A DNA stretch of 61,633 nt, filler included, from Choristocarpus tenellus KU-1152 (Eukaryota; Protista; Phaeophyceae): NCBI GenBank assembly GCA_964200185.2. It is 11 parts of 11 records of this genome, joined end to end, with 100 filler letters (N's around TTAATTAATTAA, not from the genome) between each part and the next. Parts side by side here need not be neighbours in the genome. Positions count along the whole stretch, not along the records: positions 38,676 to 42,091 come from CAXNAD020020181.1; positions 42,192 to 51,364 come from CAXNAD020003918.1; positions 51,465 to 54,819 come from CAXNAD020020580.1; 8 more parts are not named here. The stretch is one strand, 5' to 3'. The position numbers and the translations under genes were made by a program. Under the pieces are notes generated by a model. It was not told where the DNA came from. It saw only the letters and a program-made list of their open reading frames with translations, and did not search any database. Below are positions 38,576 to 52,638 of the stretch, piece after piece (position 1 is the stretch's first letter; every line of letters begins with the position of its first letter).

Positions 38576-41500
38576 NNNNNNNNNNNNNNNNNNNNNNNNN
38601 NNNNNNNNNNNNNNNNNNNTTAATTAATTAANNNNNNNNNNNNNNNNNNNNNNNNNNNNNNNNNNNNNNNNNNNNTTGCGACATGAAAAGATTGACCCCA
38701 AATGGACAGCCGCCACCCCCTCCCAGATACTTTGAGTCTGTATATTTTGTAGGATTGCTTATTTTAGAAACATGTACACTCAAGCACGGGGGGTGAGCCT
38801 ATGCGCGAGGATGAGAGCCAGTACTGGCAATGAGGTGACGTCGCAGGGTAATGTATTAGGGTATAGATATGTGAATTTTTATCAAGATGTATGATCGAGT
38901 GCATGGACAAGCCTACACACAAGGAAGAGAGCCGATATTGGTAACATACAGACTCAGACAGATGGAGGGATTAGGCTCAGAGTATCCTAGAGAGGGGGTG
39001 AAGTGTTCGGTCGGGGCCTTTTAACCCTGTATCAATTTTCATATCATTTGAGTGAATGTGTCAGATATGTAAAGGTAATTTCCTTCATCTGGATGCACCT
39101 TTCTTTTCCATCCCCCTGCCTGGACCGAACCAGAAAGAAATCACCCGCACAAACGGGCATCAAACTGGGGTATTTTACAACACACCCCATCAAGCCCCGA
39201 ATGGACGACCTGGCCAAACCTTTCCCCCCTCTTGGATGCTATGGGTCAATAGGAAGTACTTGGTTTTATATCATGCACATGCGAGAGAGCAAGTGCTGGT
39301 ATCTTTTTTTTCTTTTAAGTACTTGGTTTTTGTAGTGCATGTGCACGAGAGAGCCTGTACTGGTAACAGACAGACCGGTAGACAGACAGATAGATGGACA
39401 GGCAGGGACTACTTGGTTTTACAAAATTCATACCAGAGAGGGGGGACCCAAGAAAGATTGTAAGGGTCAATTTCGGCGAATGTTAGCAATAGTGATGATT
39501 TCGAGACTTGACAGAGAGTGGACAAAGATGTCAGGTGATGGGTCAGCGATCAAGATTCTTGATGACTGGGTGGGCAGACAAAGGGTGTTACACTAGGCGT
39601 CAACCACTAGGAATGTGTTCTGTATATGAGGAAACCCCTATTCATATGCTGCATCTGCGTATGTATGGTGCCATCCACTCCAGCAATCCACATCAACTAC
39701 AGACACCAAGGTGATAAACTAACCTTGAGTCTGCGACCTCTGATGTGCCTCATGGCCACAAGGTGCCAACAGGTCATCAGTACTCATCATTTTCTTATGG
39801 TATCTATGGTGTAAAACAGAGTGCACAGAGAATCCTGATATCAATATTTCCGATATATCAACATAGCGTGCAAGGATGCCAGACAAGGCAAAAGCTTCCT
39901 ACCGGGCAATCAAGGGTTAAAGTATCATCACCTAATATATTTGGAGATGTGAAGGTGGGATAACTTCGGGAGGGGGTAAAATGTCATTAAAAACCCGTTG
40001 GAAACCAAGCCCCAAATGAACAAACAGGGAAAAACTCGTACCCTCTAAGATACTTTCACTGATACCAGATGCACACTTCAAACTGCATTCAGAGACATTA
40101 ATACATTCTACATACATACTTCGAACTACATACAGAGAGCAAATAAGTACTACACAAGTACAGACAGACACACAGACCCACAGACCCACACACTGATATA
40201 CATAGGTAGATATGTACAGACTTCATGTACCAGGACATTGACAAAACCCTAATCCAAGACCCCAACTCTAGTCCTGCCTCCTCTAACACGAACCTCAAAT
40301 ATTGGCGCTTCTAGCTAACCTGGTACACACAGTTGTACACTACCTAAAACGGCACTTGGTTCAACAGAGTTAGTAGTTATTTCAATGGATTCAGTTCAAA
40401 GCTTGAAGCCTCCAAGACAGCACCACTTTTTTATTTTATTTTATTTTATTTACGTTGCTACCTTGAGCGCGGTTTTCTGTCCCCTGTCCCAATATAAACA
40501 CAGCTGCACTCGTGACAGTAGTCATATCACAATCGGGATTCTCCAATATAGTCCTTAGATGCTTCCTTTCGCCTATCATGAATTCGGCCATCCTCGATCC
40601 TTCAAGGACTGTAACTACTATGGAATAGCTCTTCTTGATATATCGTTTTATTGAGCCAAAGCAAACGAGAGGTACCTAGGTTTTGACCGTTTTGCATTTT
40701 AAGCCTGTTCTTTAATATTTTGCGATTCAGACATATTTCTATGGATGAAGTTCTTAGTTTTGCTTGAGGGTGTTTATTTCTCTGTTGTTTGAAAAGTATT
40801 CTTGACACAATTCCGACAATATCCTATACACGTTGGTAAAAAAAGATCGAATTTTGGACATATTTGTCAAATATGTACTCGCCTCTAAAGAATAATTGCA
40901 ACAAATCTATCGAGATATACCCAAACATGATCGGACTGTACAATATGCTTTCTCGAGTAGGTCCATACAAAACTCACAGTTTATACTTTCCAGATCATTG
41001 GTGATATTCCGTATATAGAGAGATAAACTATCTAACCCTCAGCACTGAGAGATAGGGTCCTGAGGAGTCATGGTACGAAATACGAAATTCCACGTACTAT
41101 TTTATTGATATAGATTTGAAGTGGTTGTTCACCGGAGCATAGGCAATTGAGAGGTAGGCAGGCCATTTGAATTTTAATCCACACTTCTTTCCCTGTGCGA
41201 TTACACCCTACATCATCACTCTAGGTACATAAAATTAGTATTTCCCCTTGCACACACACAGTGTCACCCTGATTCAGCAAAGACCCTTTCCGCAGTTGTA
41301 CAAAGAGAAATATCTTGGCCCTCTCTTGGGATCTTTTTGAAAGGGGCAATGTTGCCAAGCTCTCGGCTGCTGTAGCAGACTACTAGAAGTACCAATCATC
41401 TTTGACACGGACTCAATACAACAACTTCTTTGTTGGAGTACCACCCTGCTTCATGAAGGGATAGAACAGAAAAGGCGCAGCATCTTGTACAACACCCTTG

Positions 41501-42789
41501 GTGATGTTGAGAAATTAATTACTCAAAGGGTGAGGGCATAGTGCCATTCCATTGCACCTACTGGTTCTGTGCCAATATTCACTAACCGAGATAGAATAGT
41601 TCTCATCATCTCTGGTCCTTTCGCCTCACAGTAGTAATAATATGGTTAGAATAGTTCTCTATGAACATCTTTCATGTAACTGTCCTCACCTGGTCACTAG
41701 TGAGTGATTCTGCCCAAGACAGATGGCTAGATGGGTTATGTTTTGGGTTCCTATTTTGGGCCCCTATGACTCGTCTAGTGGTATGTATGTGTCTTGAGCA
41801 CCGTGGAGGGCGCTTACCTCTAACAACGTGTTCACAACTGATCATTTTCTATACCCACACACCCTTCTAAGGGGGGTTAGCTGCTTTAGGCATGGGTATG
41901 GTGAATATTGTGCAAGAATCTACAAGGTTCCACAGGGTCTTGGATTCAAAAACAGTCAAAGTCAACCCCCTTCTTACTAGATGGCTCCATCACTACTTGT
42001 ATCACTCACCTGTTGGCATACATAGTTCGAATGCAGGCTCAAAGTATCTGGGAGGGGGTGACGGCTGTCCATTTGGGGTCAATTTTTTCATNNNNNNNNN
42101 NNNNNNNNNNNNNNNNNNNNNNNNNNNNNNNNNNNTTAATTAATTAANNNNNNNNNNNNNNNNNNNNNNNNNNNNNNNNNNNNNNNNNNNNATCAAAATC
42201 ACAACATTGTATTTTGACCCCCAAGTGGACGCGGCTCTGCCCTCTAAGATACTTTGGCTCGCTATTCTGGAATACTTCACTGTCTCCTGTCACCAGAATC
42301 TTGCTCAACTGTGACAGATGAATTGCATGAATTTAGACCACAAGTGTTTTGACTACCATAACTCTCTCTTACGTGACATTTCTGGGTTTGCAGACACTCT
42401 TTATCATTGGGTATACACACACGCATGTGTTTTGGCCATTGGATGGAGCAGGGAGATTGTGTGCATTTGTATAGATTGTTTTGAGGACATGGAGCTCTGC
42501 ATGACAAAACCTTGTAATTATCCATGCGCTCCCCTTTCAGATTACTGATAGAAAATCAGAGCGACCAAACAGGATAGAACCCTGCATCCTAGCAAGATGG
42601 CAGCACAATCCTTCCAACTGCTCAACAACAGACCTCAGTGTTCTAAAGTACAAAGTGCCGGGGAGTCTCTAGAGTTTCTCCTGGAACAGTATGCACTCAC
42701 GATGCTAAAATTTCCTTCTACAGCCTGCCTTGCATGCAAAGACATTAATGCATTCGAATAATTAAGTACAGCTCATATACACTTGACAG

Positions 42790-43762
42790 GAGAAAAGGTT
42801 GGACAGCAAGGGCTTTGGGGAGAGTCCACGCGGGGGGGGTGCAATATGCTTTGGGGCCAAGGCGATCAACAATTTCCTGGAGCAGGGTAATCTAAGCTAC
42901 ATTGTACGGGCTCATGAGGCACACTCAGAGGGGGTTTCCCTCAGCAAGGGAGCTAAAGTATTCACAGTCTTCTCCACGTCTAAGGATCACGGACAAGGCA
43001 GAGGAGCAATGTGCGGCTGCATTCTTGTTGACTTTCAGAAGCTTCTGGTGAGTATCCTGACCAGAGTTGGAAACCAGGCAGGTTTGCCAGCATCCCACAG
43101 GAAAATTGACTGATTTTTGGCAAAATTACGGTATCGAAGAACTCAGTCAACAGCAGAACGGCATGATGGTGGTATACACTAATCTGCCCATATGAATATA
43201 TCACAATGTATCATAAATGGTTAATTTGTTTTGTGGTACTACCCTCCAGATCGGAATTGCCCAGTATATACAAAGCTGAATCTCACTGCAAATACTGTAA
43301 AAGAAAGAATTAAACCACAACGCGTTCTGTGTAGTCAGACTTTTGAAAGACTGCTCCAACCTACTTCAATGTACATTTCATGTTCATATTGGACCCTGGT
43401 ACAGGTTGCTTGTATTGTGTTAATGAGTAGTGGTCATGTATACAGGGACATGGCTTGTGTGCTTTGCGCCTGAATAGTTTTCGAGAGTTGATTTCTTTAC
43501 ACACATGAACAAAAAGCAGCAGCTCAGGAGGGCGGGAGGGAGGGCATTAACATCAATCATCACACGCAATGTTCCATACGCACAGGTGATCAACCGGTCA
43601 GCAAAGTACAAGGATAAGTATGTCCACCGTCGGGATAGCATTTCCCTGGCCAATCTCAGCCTGCAGGAGTTGCAGAGCAGGGCTGAACTGGGGTTGATTG
43701 TGCCATCCGAACACTCAGAGGATGACGATGACGACGACGAAGACGACGACAATGAGATTGAG
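42790..43762 (+). CDS. PPP-family Ser/Thr protein phosphatase, C-terminal exons 42790-43047 and 43586-43762
   Basis: [26 protein letters not shown]...GAKVFTVFS matches the PPP C-terminal catalytic motifs (RG, FG, RAHE, TVFS). Phase-0 GT-AG junction LL|VINR; acidic tail. Confidence 0.88.
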
Positions 43763-45801
43763 GTATTGTGGGGGAAGAGAAATGACTATATAGAGGAAAG
43801 GTCAAGGAATCCATACTTCAGTATGGCTGGCAAACTCTGCCTATCATTACCTCTGATCTTGCATTGCTTGAGATGGCGATCAATTATATTTGAATGTAGA
43901 GTGTTGTCTTTGGGACATTCTCACAAATATGACCACACACACAAGTCGCAGGCGCTTGTGTGAGATGCAGTAATTACTGCACCTAGGACTACAAGGTTGG
44001 TCGGGTACCTTAGGTGGCACGTGAGTGCGTGACAATGCACTTCCTGTACATGGTATACACACTTTGTCTATGCACTTCAACCCAACAGATGATGGTCAAC
44101 ACAAAATGTGTCTACATGAGACTGCTGTTGATCTTGTATCCTTCCTTCAGATATATAGATTTTACTATTTTTGTGTGTGAGGTATCCGAGTATTTACACT
44201 CATAAATAGTGTTATCTCCTTAGGGATAATCGAAGTTACAGTCAAGTAAGGATTAGATGCAGAAATGCACGATATATAACTAGTGACAGCCTTGGGTACG
44301 TTCACTCAGGATAGTTGGTTCCCTGATGTATCTTGCCTGTGACGATGCAGGAGTAGTTGCATCCATCTTAATTATGAGAGTAGCCAGTCCAATCCAACTC
44401 TGAGGGAGGAGAAACACCACGATGGCGCTGTCACCTTGAAGTGTGGGTGCCTAGAGAACCACTCCTTGTGGGAAACAACAGGTAGAATGGGACAAGGGAC
44501 ACGAAGCCTTTGTGACTCCCACAGCTCCTGATTACCTTTCACTACTACTACCGTGACAGTGTAAAATGCAAGTGTGCAATGATCTGACAATAACCGCTGC
44601 TTAAAACCCTTCCTTAGTAGAAGCGCCTACTCTTGCTTCAGATTTGGTACAGGCTACTGCTGAGTCGTGTCAACATTCACACTTCAAAGTAATTAGCAGG
44701 GTTGGTAGGGGGTAGTGAGTATACATGTCTGTGTCCATTTTAGCTAGTGGGATACATTTGCCCTGCAACATCCCCTCCATCCTCATGCTTTCTAGTAATA
44801 TTATCTCAGCCTAAATCTCTCTATTTCACTTCAGCAGGGGGGTGACCAGAGAGAGTATTATGGCTCTGCTGGGAGAGGACAGGGAACTCTAGCAGGGGAG
44901 AGGAAGAGTGGGCGCAAGTGAGGACATTGGAGGAGAGTGTACGTGAAGAGGATACTACTGATATTCGAGGATGGCAAATGGAATCTGGCAATCTTGGATA
45001 TGTCGTCAGTGATACCCAAAACGCATTGTATACTATGAGGAAACCTTAACCCAGAAGGAGGGATCACCTGTTTTGTGAACATTTTGTTACCCCTATGATG
45101 TGCTTGTCCTCCACTATCTGCTTGGAATCCAAAGGAAGGGAAATTGTGCTTGTTGGCCCAAGATATCCATATTGAAGTATGAATATCATACAAACCACCA
45201 CCAATGGTACACAGAAATACCTCTGTGAGCTACACAGTACAGCTGTGTGAGGCTGTGGACTAGTGTCTCCTGTCGTGCTTCAGTGGCATAACTGAAAGAA
45301 AAATTGTCTGGGGCATGATTCTGTTCTTCTGAGAAAAGTGGGGAAGCTTGAGGAGGGACCCCTAGAATTCAACCAGATCTGTTGTTGAAGTAATATTTTG
45401 TTCGTGTCTTTTGGTTTGTAGAAAATAAAGTGAAGGTTGGTGGCAAATGAACTGATACATGTAGGAGGAAGGTTTCCCTATGCATTCTTGTTATCTACTA
45501 CATGTTGATATCTCTTGGTACTACCCCTGCATTCAAGCACAGGGCATGTACACTTTAGATTAGTGCAACTTTAGCTACAATTGGTCCGTTGAGTGTGTGG
45601 TGTCACATATGGATCTTCTTCGATAAATATCCATTAGTGGGTGCTGAGGCTAAACGATATTCAATTAACCGTTCGATTTTAGGCGTCAGCTGCTACAATT
45701 ACTCTTGATTCAATTCGTGGAATATTTATTCCTCCGAGTGGTTGTATTTCAACTACATATTTTCTTGATGTTGTATGTGACTCTTGACCTCTAGTGATGT
45801 A

Positions 45802-46154
45802 CTCCCTCTGTCCCGTAAGTCTGTTCTTTTATGCATTTACCTCTTCGGGATGACCTCCGATTTCAAAACAGGTTTTTGCGTTGGATTCCTTGGAAAATTT
45901 TACGTAGTAAGATGAGTCATATTAAAATATATATATCCCGAAATTGTTCTGAAAACATTGAACAGAGGTTAAGCGGGCATAGGCCCACAAAATGGCACTG
46001 AATTGGTGGATTGACGGCCTTAAGTGAAAGCGTCGAAAGATATTATAATAAAAAAAACCGTCAAGGAATCCAATGCAAAAATCCGTTTTGAAATCGGAGG
46101 TCATCCCGAAGAGGTACAAGCATAAAGGAACAGACTAACCCTAACCTTAAGGAG
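45802..46154. mobile_element. Stowaway-like (mariner) MITE with ~90-bp inverted arms; extra arm fragment at 46201-46250
   Basis: TA|CTCCCTCTGTCCC...GGAG|TA; 45802-45892 is the reverse complement of 46062-46154. Confidence 0.85.
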
Positions 46155-46269
46155 TACCAATAACACAAAAGATGAGTAGCCTATGTTCCAACACAGTCGG
46201 GGTCATCCCGAAGAGGTATATGCATAAGGGAACAGATTATGGGACAGACAGATTGTTAATATATTGCAG

Positions 46270-47000
46270 AGTACTTTTGTAGTACACAATGAATAGCACT
46301 TCCCGTCTCTGATAGCTTGATTAACACACTTAGTACAGTGCATGATGCAATGATGCTTGAACGTTTGGCAGATACTGTCATGGTGAAAGAAGCAACATAC
46401 ATCATGCTCAGACCTATGAGCAGAAAGAAGAAAAACAGATATACACAACACTACAATTACAAAAAAGAACTACTACTGAACACACAAGAAATGAAGGAAG
46501 GACTGCCAAAAGTTCAACATGTAAAAAGGGGAAGTACACATATATTTTATAAAGGTATCAGCTCCAACATCAAGGATCTCATTAGTCCAAGGATGGGAAT
46601 ATATACATTCCCAATCATCCAACAAAAGAAAAATCAGGTGATGAAGTCCTGCACACCCACCACCAATACATTGAATCGACCATCTGTACCGAGGAGGGTA
46701 TCGAAGGCCAGACCCCATTTCCGACAAAAAATCTTTGTAGGAAGTGTCACGAGTATTTGGTGACTGTGGTAACTTTCGTGCAACGAGTTGCAACTGCTTC
46801 AGCCTTCATAGTTACACCACACATCCGTGAGTATTTTGCTTCGTCTTAAACATACCTATACCACCACCTCTCGAATCTCATGTAAATAATCTCATTCTGA
46901 ATCTGAACTCCTGAAACCCTTGATCTACACCACACACTGCGCTAAGAAATATTCGTCTTACTTCAAATAAGTTGTTCAAATCGACTGGAGTACTCTCCCT
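46270..47000 (-). mobile_element. Possible piggyBac transposase C-terminal remnant
   Basis: Ordered weak motifs CGVDQGFQ (cf. MGGVDxxDQ), YKDFLSEMGSGL, and a Cys-rich tail (CCFF..C..HCTKC..CYSLC); heavily decayed. Confidence 0.3.
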
Positions 47001-47719
47001 CAGGAAGAACACGAAATGAGAAATAAATGTAAACTGAACGGTACCATTAAGTTGTGAGTGGAAGCATTTGCTGGGAGTATTGTTACCTAAATCGACTGGA
47101 CGTATGTACACGCAAGGCAAGATTGGAGGCGCTGAGTCCCCGAGGTCTGGGGGTAATTGCGCATGTTGCGCAACACCCATTCGCACGAAAAGTATCCAAT
47201 CGAAATTTCCCTTCGATTAATCGCGAAAAAATCGAATCGTAGCGTCTCAATAGCCACGATTCACAACACTGAAGAAATTAAAAGGTGTTTGTTTCTTCAT
47301 TTTATCGCTCCTATGTATCACCTACTCCAAGAGCATGAAGATTTGTTGACTGGGCACAATAGAATGTGAGTTTATTATATATAGTTGTACGAGGGACCGA
47401 CATCGCAATGAATCACTTGAACCACAGCCAAAACTCCTGGAAGTAAAACGGACCCGTTTTCTTTTTCTTGGCGGATTGCCGATCAAGAAATTGGATGGAC
47501 CATACTGGACTGGTGTATATCGTTATACTTCCAAGGAAGACTTACCACTAACGGTATAAAAGTACGACACATTCCGCAAGTGGTATTTGCATGGTCAGAG
47601 ACTGGTTCGCTGACTAAGCCACAACCCTAGGCTATTATGGATTTCTGAATCCAGCTACATGATGGCATATTTTGGAAGGACAATCTCTCCACGGTACCAG
47701 TAGGCTAAATAGATGTGGG

Positions 47720-48620
47720 GGGTGAGTATTTAGCAACTATTTGTTCTGAAAATTGATTGACTGTTGCCGTTCTGAAGCATGCCTCCCACAGGGAGAGGCT
47801 CAGGTGCCAGGTAACTTGTCTAAGACAGGTCAAGCAAAGACTATTTCCTTCGACCTGTTGAACATCGTATCATGGGGAGGACACCCACTACTTGCTGTGT
47901 CTTACCTTCACCTGTGATGATATATCGTGCTTGCCACAATTGTCAGGTGGGTACTGCTGCTAGCCAAAAGAGCGACGTTGTTCGGGATTATTTCGAAGTA
48001 GGGCATGTTTATATTAACTTATTCAAAAGTACAGTATTAATCTATGCTCCTTCACGCCCTTAAGATGTCGTGTGAGGGAGAAAGTAAAATTACACAAGAA
48101 GAAAATACATCAAATGCAATAATAGAGTCTGTGATGCCTGCAAAGAGAGACCCTTCTATATAGAACAGCAGCATGTGGTTGTTGTATCGCAAACAGTACT
48201 TCTGTGACAACAGATGGCAGAAAGAGAGAAATAGAGATGATAGCACATAGTGCAGCTAAGGCAACTGTGTAGCACAAGCTGGAGATTGGTCTCCAAGACT
48301 CGAGATGGTATCTGCTTTCTGATGTTGTTGCTTACGTTATAAAATCTATTTGATTTTGTTTGGGGTGTATCAAATGTCTCAAATAACACAGAGATTGACT
48401 GGATACTCATCAATGTGTTCTGATACCGTTTTTTTGGCTGTCAACGAGATTTCCAAATGGATGTCTGCAACACAAGCTCGTCAATAGACAACTCCAAGTG
48501 CAGATTCGTTACTAGCGCTAAATGACAGAATTACAATAATCAATCTAAGAGATAATACTTCGAAGTACTTAATAACGCAATATGCGATTATCACTATTTA
48601 ACACAAGATGGGTCAATCGA
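47720..48620 (-). mobile_element. Decayed Ty1/copia RT-RNase H remnant
   Basis: Ordered degenerate motifs on the minus strand: DPSC, FAGITDS (cf. GYSDSD), TSK*SRTTSL (cf. SKxQxTV), FNRSKEI (cf. RSKHI), SEQIVA (cf. EQxAD). Confidence 0.4.
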
Positions 48621-50709
48621 AGTATGTAATCTCAGAGTAGGTCAAACTATACTCTCACCTGGAATGTTTTGACATGGTCACAGTTCATCAAGGGGTCCAG
48701 TTCTTTTACAATCTCTGACGGCCCTGGTCCAGGCATGTCGACAGATCTTTCACACCTTAGACAATATGACACTTTTATTGTGCTATGTTGAGATTGTTCT
48801 GGCCTTTCACTGAATGAACGATAAACAAAAAACATGCATGTTTTGGACTGTTGAGGTGTTATGACATTACACAGTGTTGTAGTATATGTATTGGATTGGA
48901 GTGTTACAGGACCTACAAAGCATTACATACCCCGGAATATATCTTCGTCTCCAGTGATATGGGCGTAACATAGTTTCGAGAGTGAAATTAACCGAGAGGT
49001 AGGGCAGGGTTGCATTTTAAGGATCCCTAGTAAGGGTAAAAATATGTCATCTTGTAAAATTGCAGAAAGAGCTCTTGCTGAGTTGTGGTGATGCTTTCTA
49101 AGAGGAAAGGGGGAATATCAATTTTGCATACACTGTATACTCATAAAGCAATGAGATAGAGTGTACTCCACAGTGCAAGAAAGACAGCTTGGATTGCAAT
49201 AGAGTCCAAACCTGCCTACCTCTCAATTGGTTTGACTCGGAGTGCTTATGTTATCCAAGGTGTGTAATGTTTGCCATATCCGACAAGTCATTAAGCAGCC
49301 AATTTTTCTCATATTGTTGATCCTGTTTTTGTTGCTATCACTAGGGGCCCCAAATGGTGGATGTTTGTAGCACTCTACCTCCCCTTTAGTTCAACTATCT
49401 TATATTAGTAATATAATATTGGAGACACCTTGGGCAATATTACTCTTTCAGAGTGTCAGGATACAAAGCACTTTGTGTTAGATTTTACCAAAAGTTATGT
49501 TCAAATAATATGTTTACGTACAGTATGTTTTGGGTCAGTGTGACAAGCATTACACAGTACTGAGTGTATTTTGGACTGGAGTATTACAGGCACATAATAG
49601 TGTAAGTTTTTGCCTTGCAAAGCGGACAACACATGCATAGCGTTGAGTGTAATATTGTCCAAACTGTGAAACATTTGAACATCTCCTGTCCTTGGACTGG
49701 ACAAATCCAATAACTTGTTGGTCTGGCTTCACAGTTGCCTGACCTGATAAAAGTACTGTGAATTTCACGGGTTTGAACCCAATCAACACCAGATTTCTTT
49801 TGTTTAAATTGGTTTCGAATTTCCGTGTCTACGTGACAAGCACTACGGATTGTATACGTGTGCTGTCCTATCTGTAGTTAGGTTATACCACAAAATGCTA
49901 AACCAAGAATTACGTGCTAGCATTGCACTGGCAAGGACTTCATTGTGAGCGTCCATCCCTACAAAATTCACGGCTCCCATTTATATTCTAGGCCTTTATT
50001 GATCTAATCTGGATTCGATTATGCAAAGTAAACTACCTGTTGTGCATCTGAAATATCCTCTCTGCTGTTCCTATCCAACAAAATGCCGCAAACAAGATCG
50101 AGTTGGAAAGGCTTCAATTCCAAGTGACCCCAAGCTAGATCCAACACGAGATTTGAGGGAGGAGGCGGGAGTGAGGAGGGGTGGGATGACCGAACAACAC
50201 AAAAGAAGAAAGAATCAAGGTGTGAACAAACGCAGTGCAGTCAGTATTATTATCATTAATAATAGTGAATGGAAGTTACGTGGAATAGATAGTACGAGAA
50301 ATAGTGCATTGTGTCCATTGGCTATAACCATAGGTCGAGATAGTCCTCATAACACCTTAGTGAAGTTGATGATACTAAAATATCAGTAATAATGTCGTGA
50401 GACAGGGTCCAATCAGTCGTGGGGGGTGTTCAGAATCATCAGTTGTGCCATGGTAGGGTGTTTCGGGGAAACCCAAAGCTCTCTCAGCCATCAAATCTTA
50501 GGATAAGTTTGAAGAGAATCCCAGATCCACCAGACGAAGTCACATCTTGGTGATCGTCCACGGTAAGAGGTCTGAGAATTATTAGGAGTTCTTTGTGTTT
50601 GATGTTGGTGGGAACGTCATCAATGACAAAGAAATGTGCGCGCAATGTACTTGTGTGTGCGCACGGGTATGTATCTGGACTGAAATCAGCTCCCAAAAAG
50701 GGACCTGTT

Positions 50710-51325
50710 CGTAACAGTAACAGTAACAATAATAATTTCCCCTTCCCTTTCTGTTCCCTAGTAAATGTGATACAGTATATAGTTTTCATTGGTTTCCCCC
50801 CTGACACATCTGCAAAATGTCAGAGGGCATAATAATAAAAATATAGTACGACAAAAATACATATTATTATGCTTTTTTTTTGACATTTTGGAGATAGATA
50901 TGTCAAGGGAAAAACCAAGGAAAAACTATTAATTTGTTAAAAAAATCCCTAAAGTAAAAGTTGTCACAAATGTGAAAAACATCGATCTATTTGTTATTTC
51001 ACTACTCTGTTGTGCCACTACCTTCCTGTGTCTCCAATCTACCTATTCGTGCACCCTAGGGTGAGGACCTAGGGAACCATCCCAATAAGCCAACAAAGCC
51101 CTCCTTGGGTGTGATCGTAATAATAGCAAGAACAGTAACAGTAACAACAATAATAAGTTATGACAACTGTTACTTTTTTAGGGATTTTTCTGACATTCAA
51201 ATAGTTTTATTGGTTTTTCTACTAATGACACATCTGGAAAATGTTAGAGCATATAATAATATAACAATATAATTCCCCCTGACACATCTGCAAAATGTCA
51301 GAGGGCATAATAATAAAATATAATG
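50710..51325. repeat. Cluster of an AT-rich ~100-bp unit in direct and inverted orientation
   Basis: CCCCCTGACACATCTGCAAAATGTCAGAGGGCATAATAATAAAA at ~50797 and ~51275, a diverged copy at ~51160-51265, and an inverted copy at ~50860-50970. Confidence 0.75.
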
Positions 51326-51484
51326 GCTCAAAGTATCTGGGAGGGGGTGGCAGCTGTCCATTTGNNNNNNNNNNNNNNNNNNNNNNNNNNNNNNNNNNNN
51401 NNNNNNNNTTAATTAATTAANNNNNNNNNNNNNNNNNNNNNNNNNNNNNNNNNNNNNNNNNNNNAAAAAGTGTTTTCACAGAAA

Positions 51485-51519
<35 letters not shown>

Positions 51520-52638
51520 AGATACTTTGACCCAATCACACCAGCCAACTCCACGTATCCAGTGGCCAACCAATATGACTAATCTTCGCCACAGGTTTCC
51601 AGTCACCAACCAATGCGACCGATTTCCGCAAATCCACTCCACCTTCCTCCACAACACTTTCCACTACTTTCCACTACACCACACCACACTATTCTCTACC
51701 ACATCAATCTCCACCACACCACTCAACACCACACCATAACACTCCACATTCATCCAAGAACACCCCTCCACCTACTTCAATACTGTACCTTTGAGCTAGA
51801 AGACGTCTACACTGCCCGAACTTGACCTATCCCCCCCCACGAACATCCCAAGAGATCGTGACCAATCAAGAGGGTGGGTAGGTGGGCGGATGGGAAAGAT
51901 TGCTCGGAGGTTGCAGTGATCTTGTCCTCCTCCTCCGTTGACTTTTACCATACATTCTGTCCCAGTTCTTCCTACTTTGTACCTCCATCTACCACTCATT
52001 TCCTTTAACTTCTCGACTGCTTAATCTACCTATCACCCGTACAGCCGTTAACTTTTGGTCTACCCTCCGATTCCTTTCTTTTATCCTTCCCAAAACTTCG
52101 TGTACCATACACATTTCCCCTTTCCTAATTTCACTCTCACAAAACTCAGATTACTTCGTAAGGTTCCCCTTTTCTTCATACATAAAACGTCAGACAGGAC
52201 ACCAATATTAGAGGAACTATATTTTATTTTATTTCACAAGAGCGCATTTCCATTTGTCACTTACCCATTTTCTCCTATTTTCATTTAATATATTGGATTA
52301 ATTGAGTTCCTGTTGAAACTTGAACGTTGTTCCACCAATCACCACCAAAGATGCGTATTATTCTATTCTTCAATAAATGTGGTCTGCGCGCGGAATTCAT
52401 TTCTTTGTCCCTTGTTTCTTTCGTCTGTGTGTTAGTGGATGTTGAATAATACTCACTCACTCACTTTAGGTGGTGTGCGATATTTGAACTACAAGAGGTA
52501 AACTGCAAGAGGTAACTGAATGATAGTATGTGCATGCATGGATGTAAGATACTCACCCTTGGCGCTAGCTTGACGTGATCTTTCTCCTTGCCACGGGAGG
52601 AGGCACGATCATACAAGTTGTCACGTTTGGGATCAACG

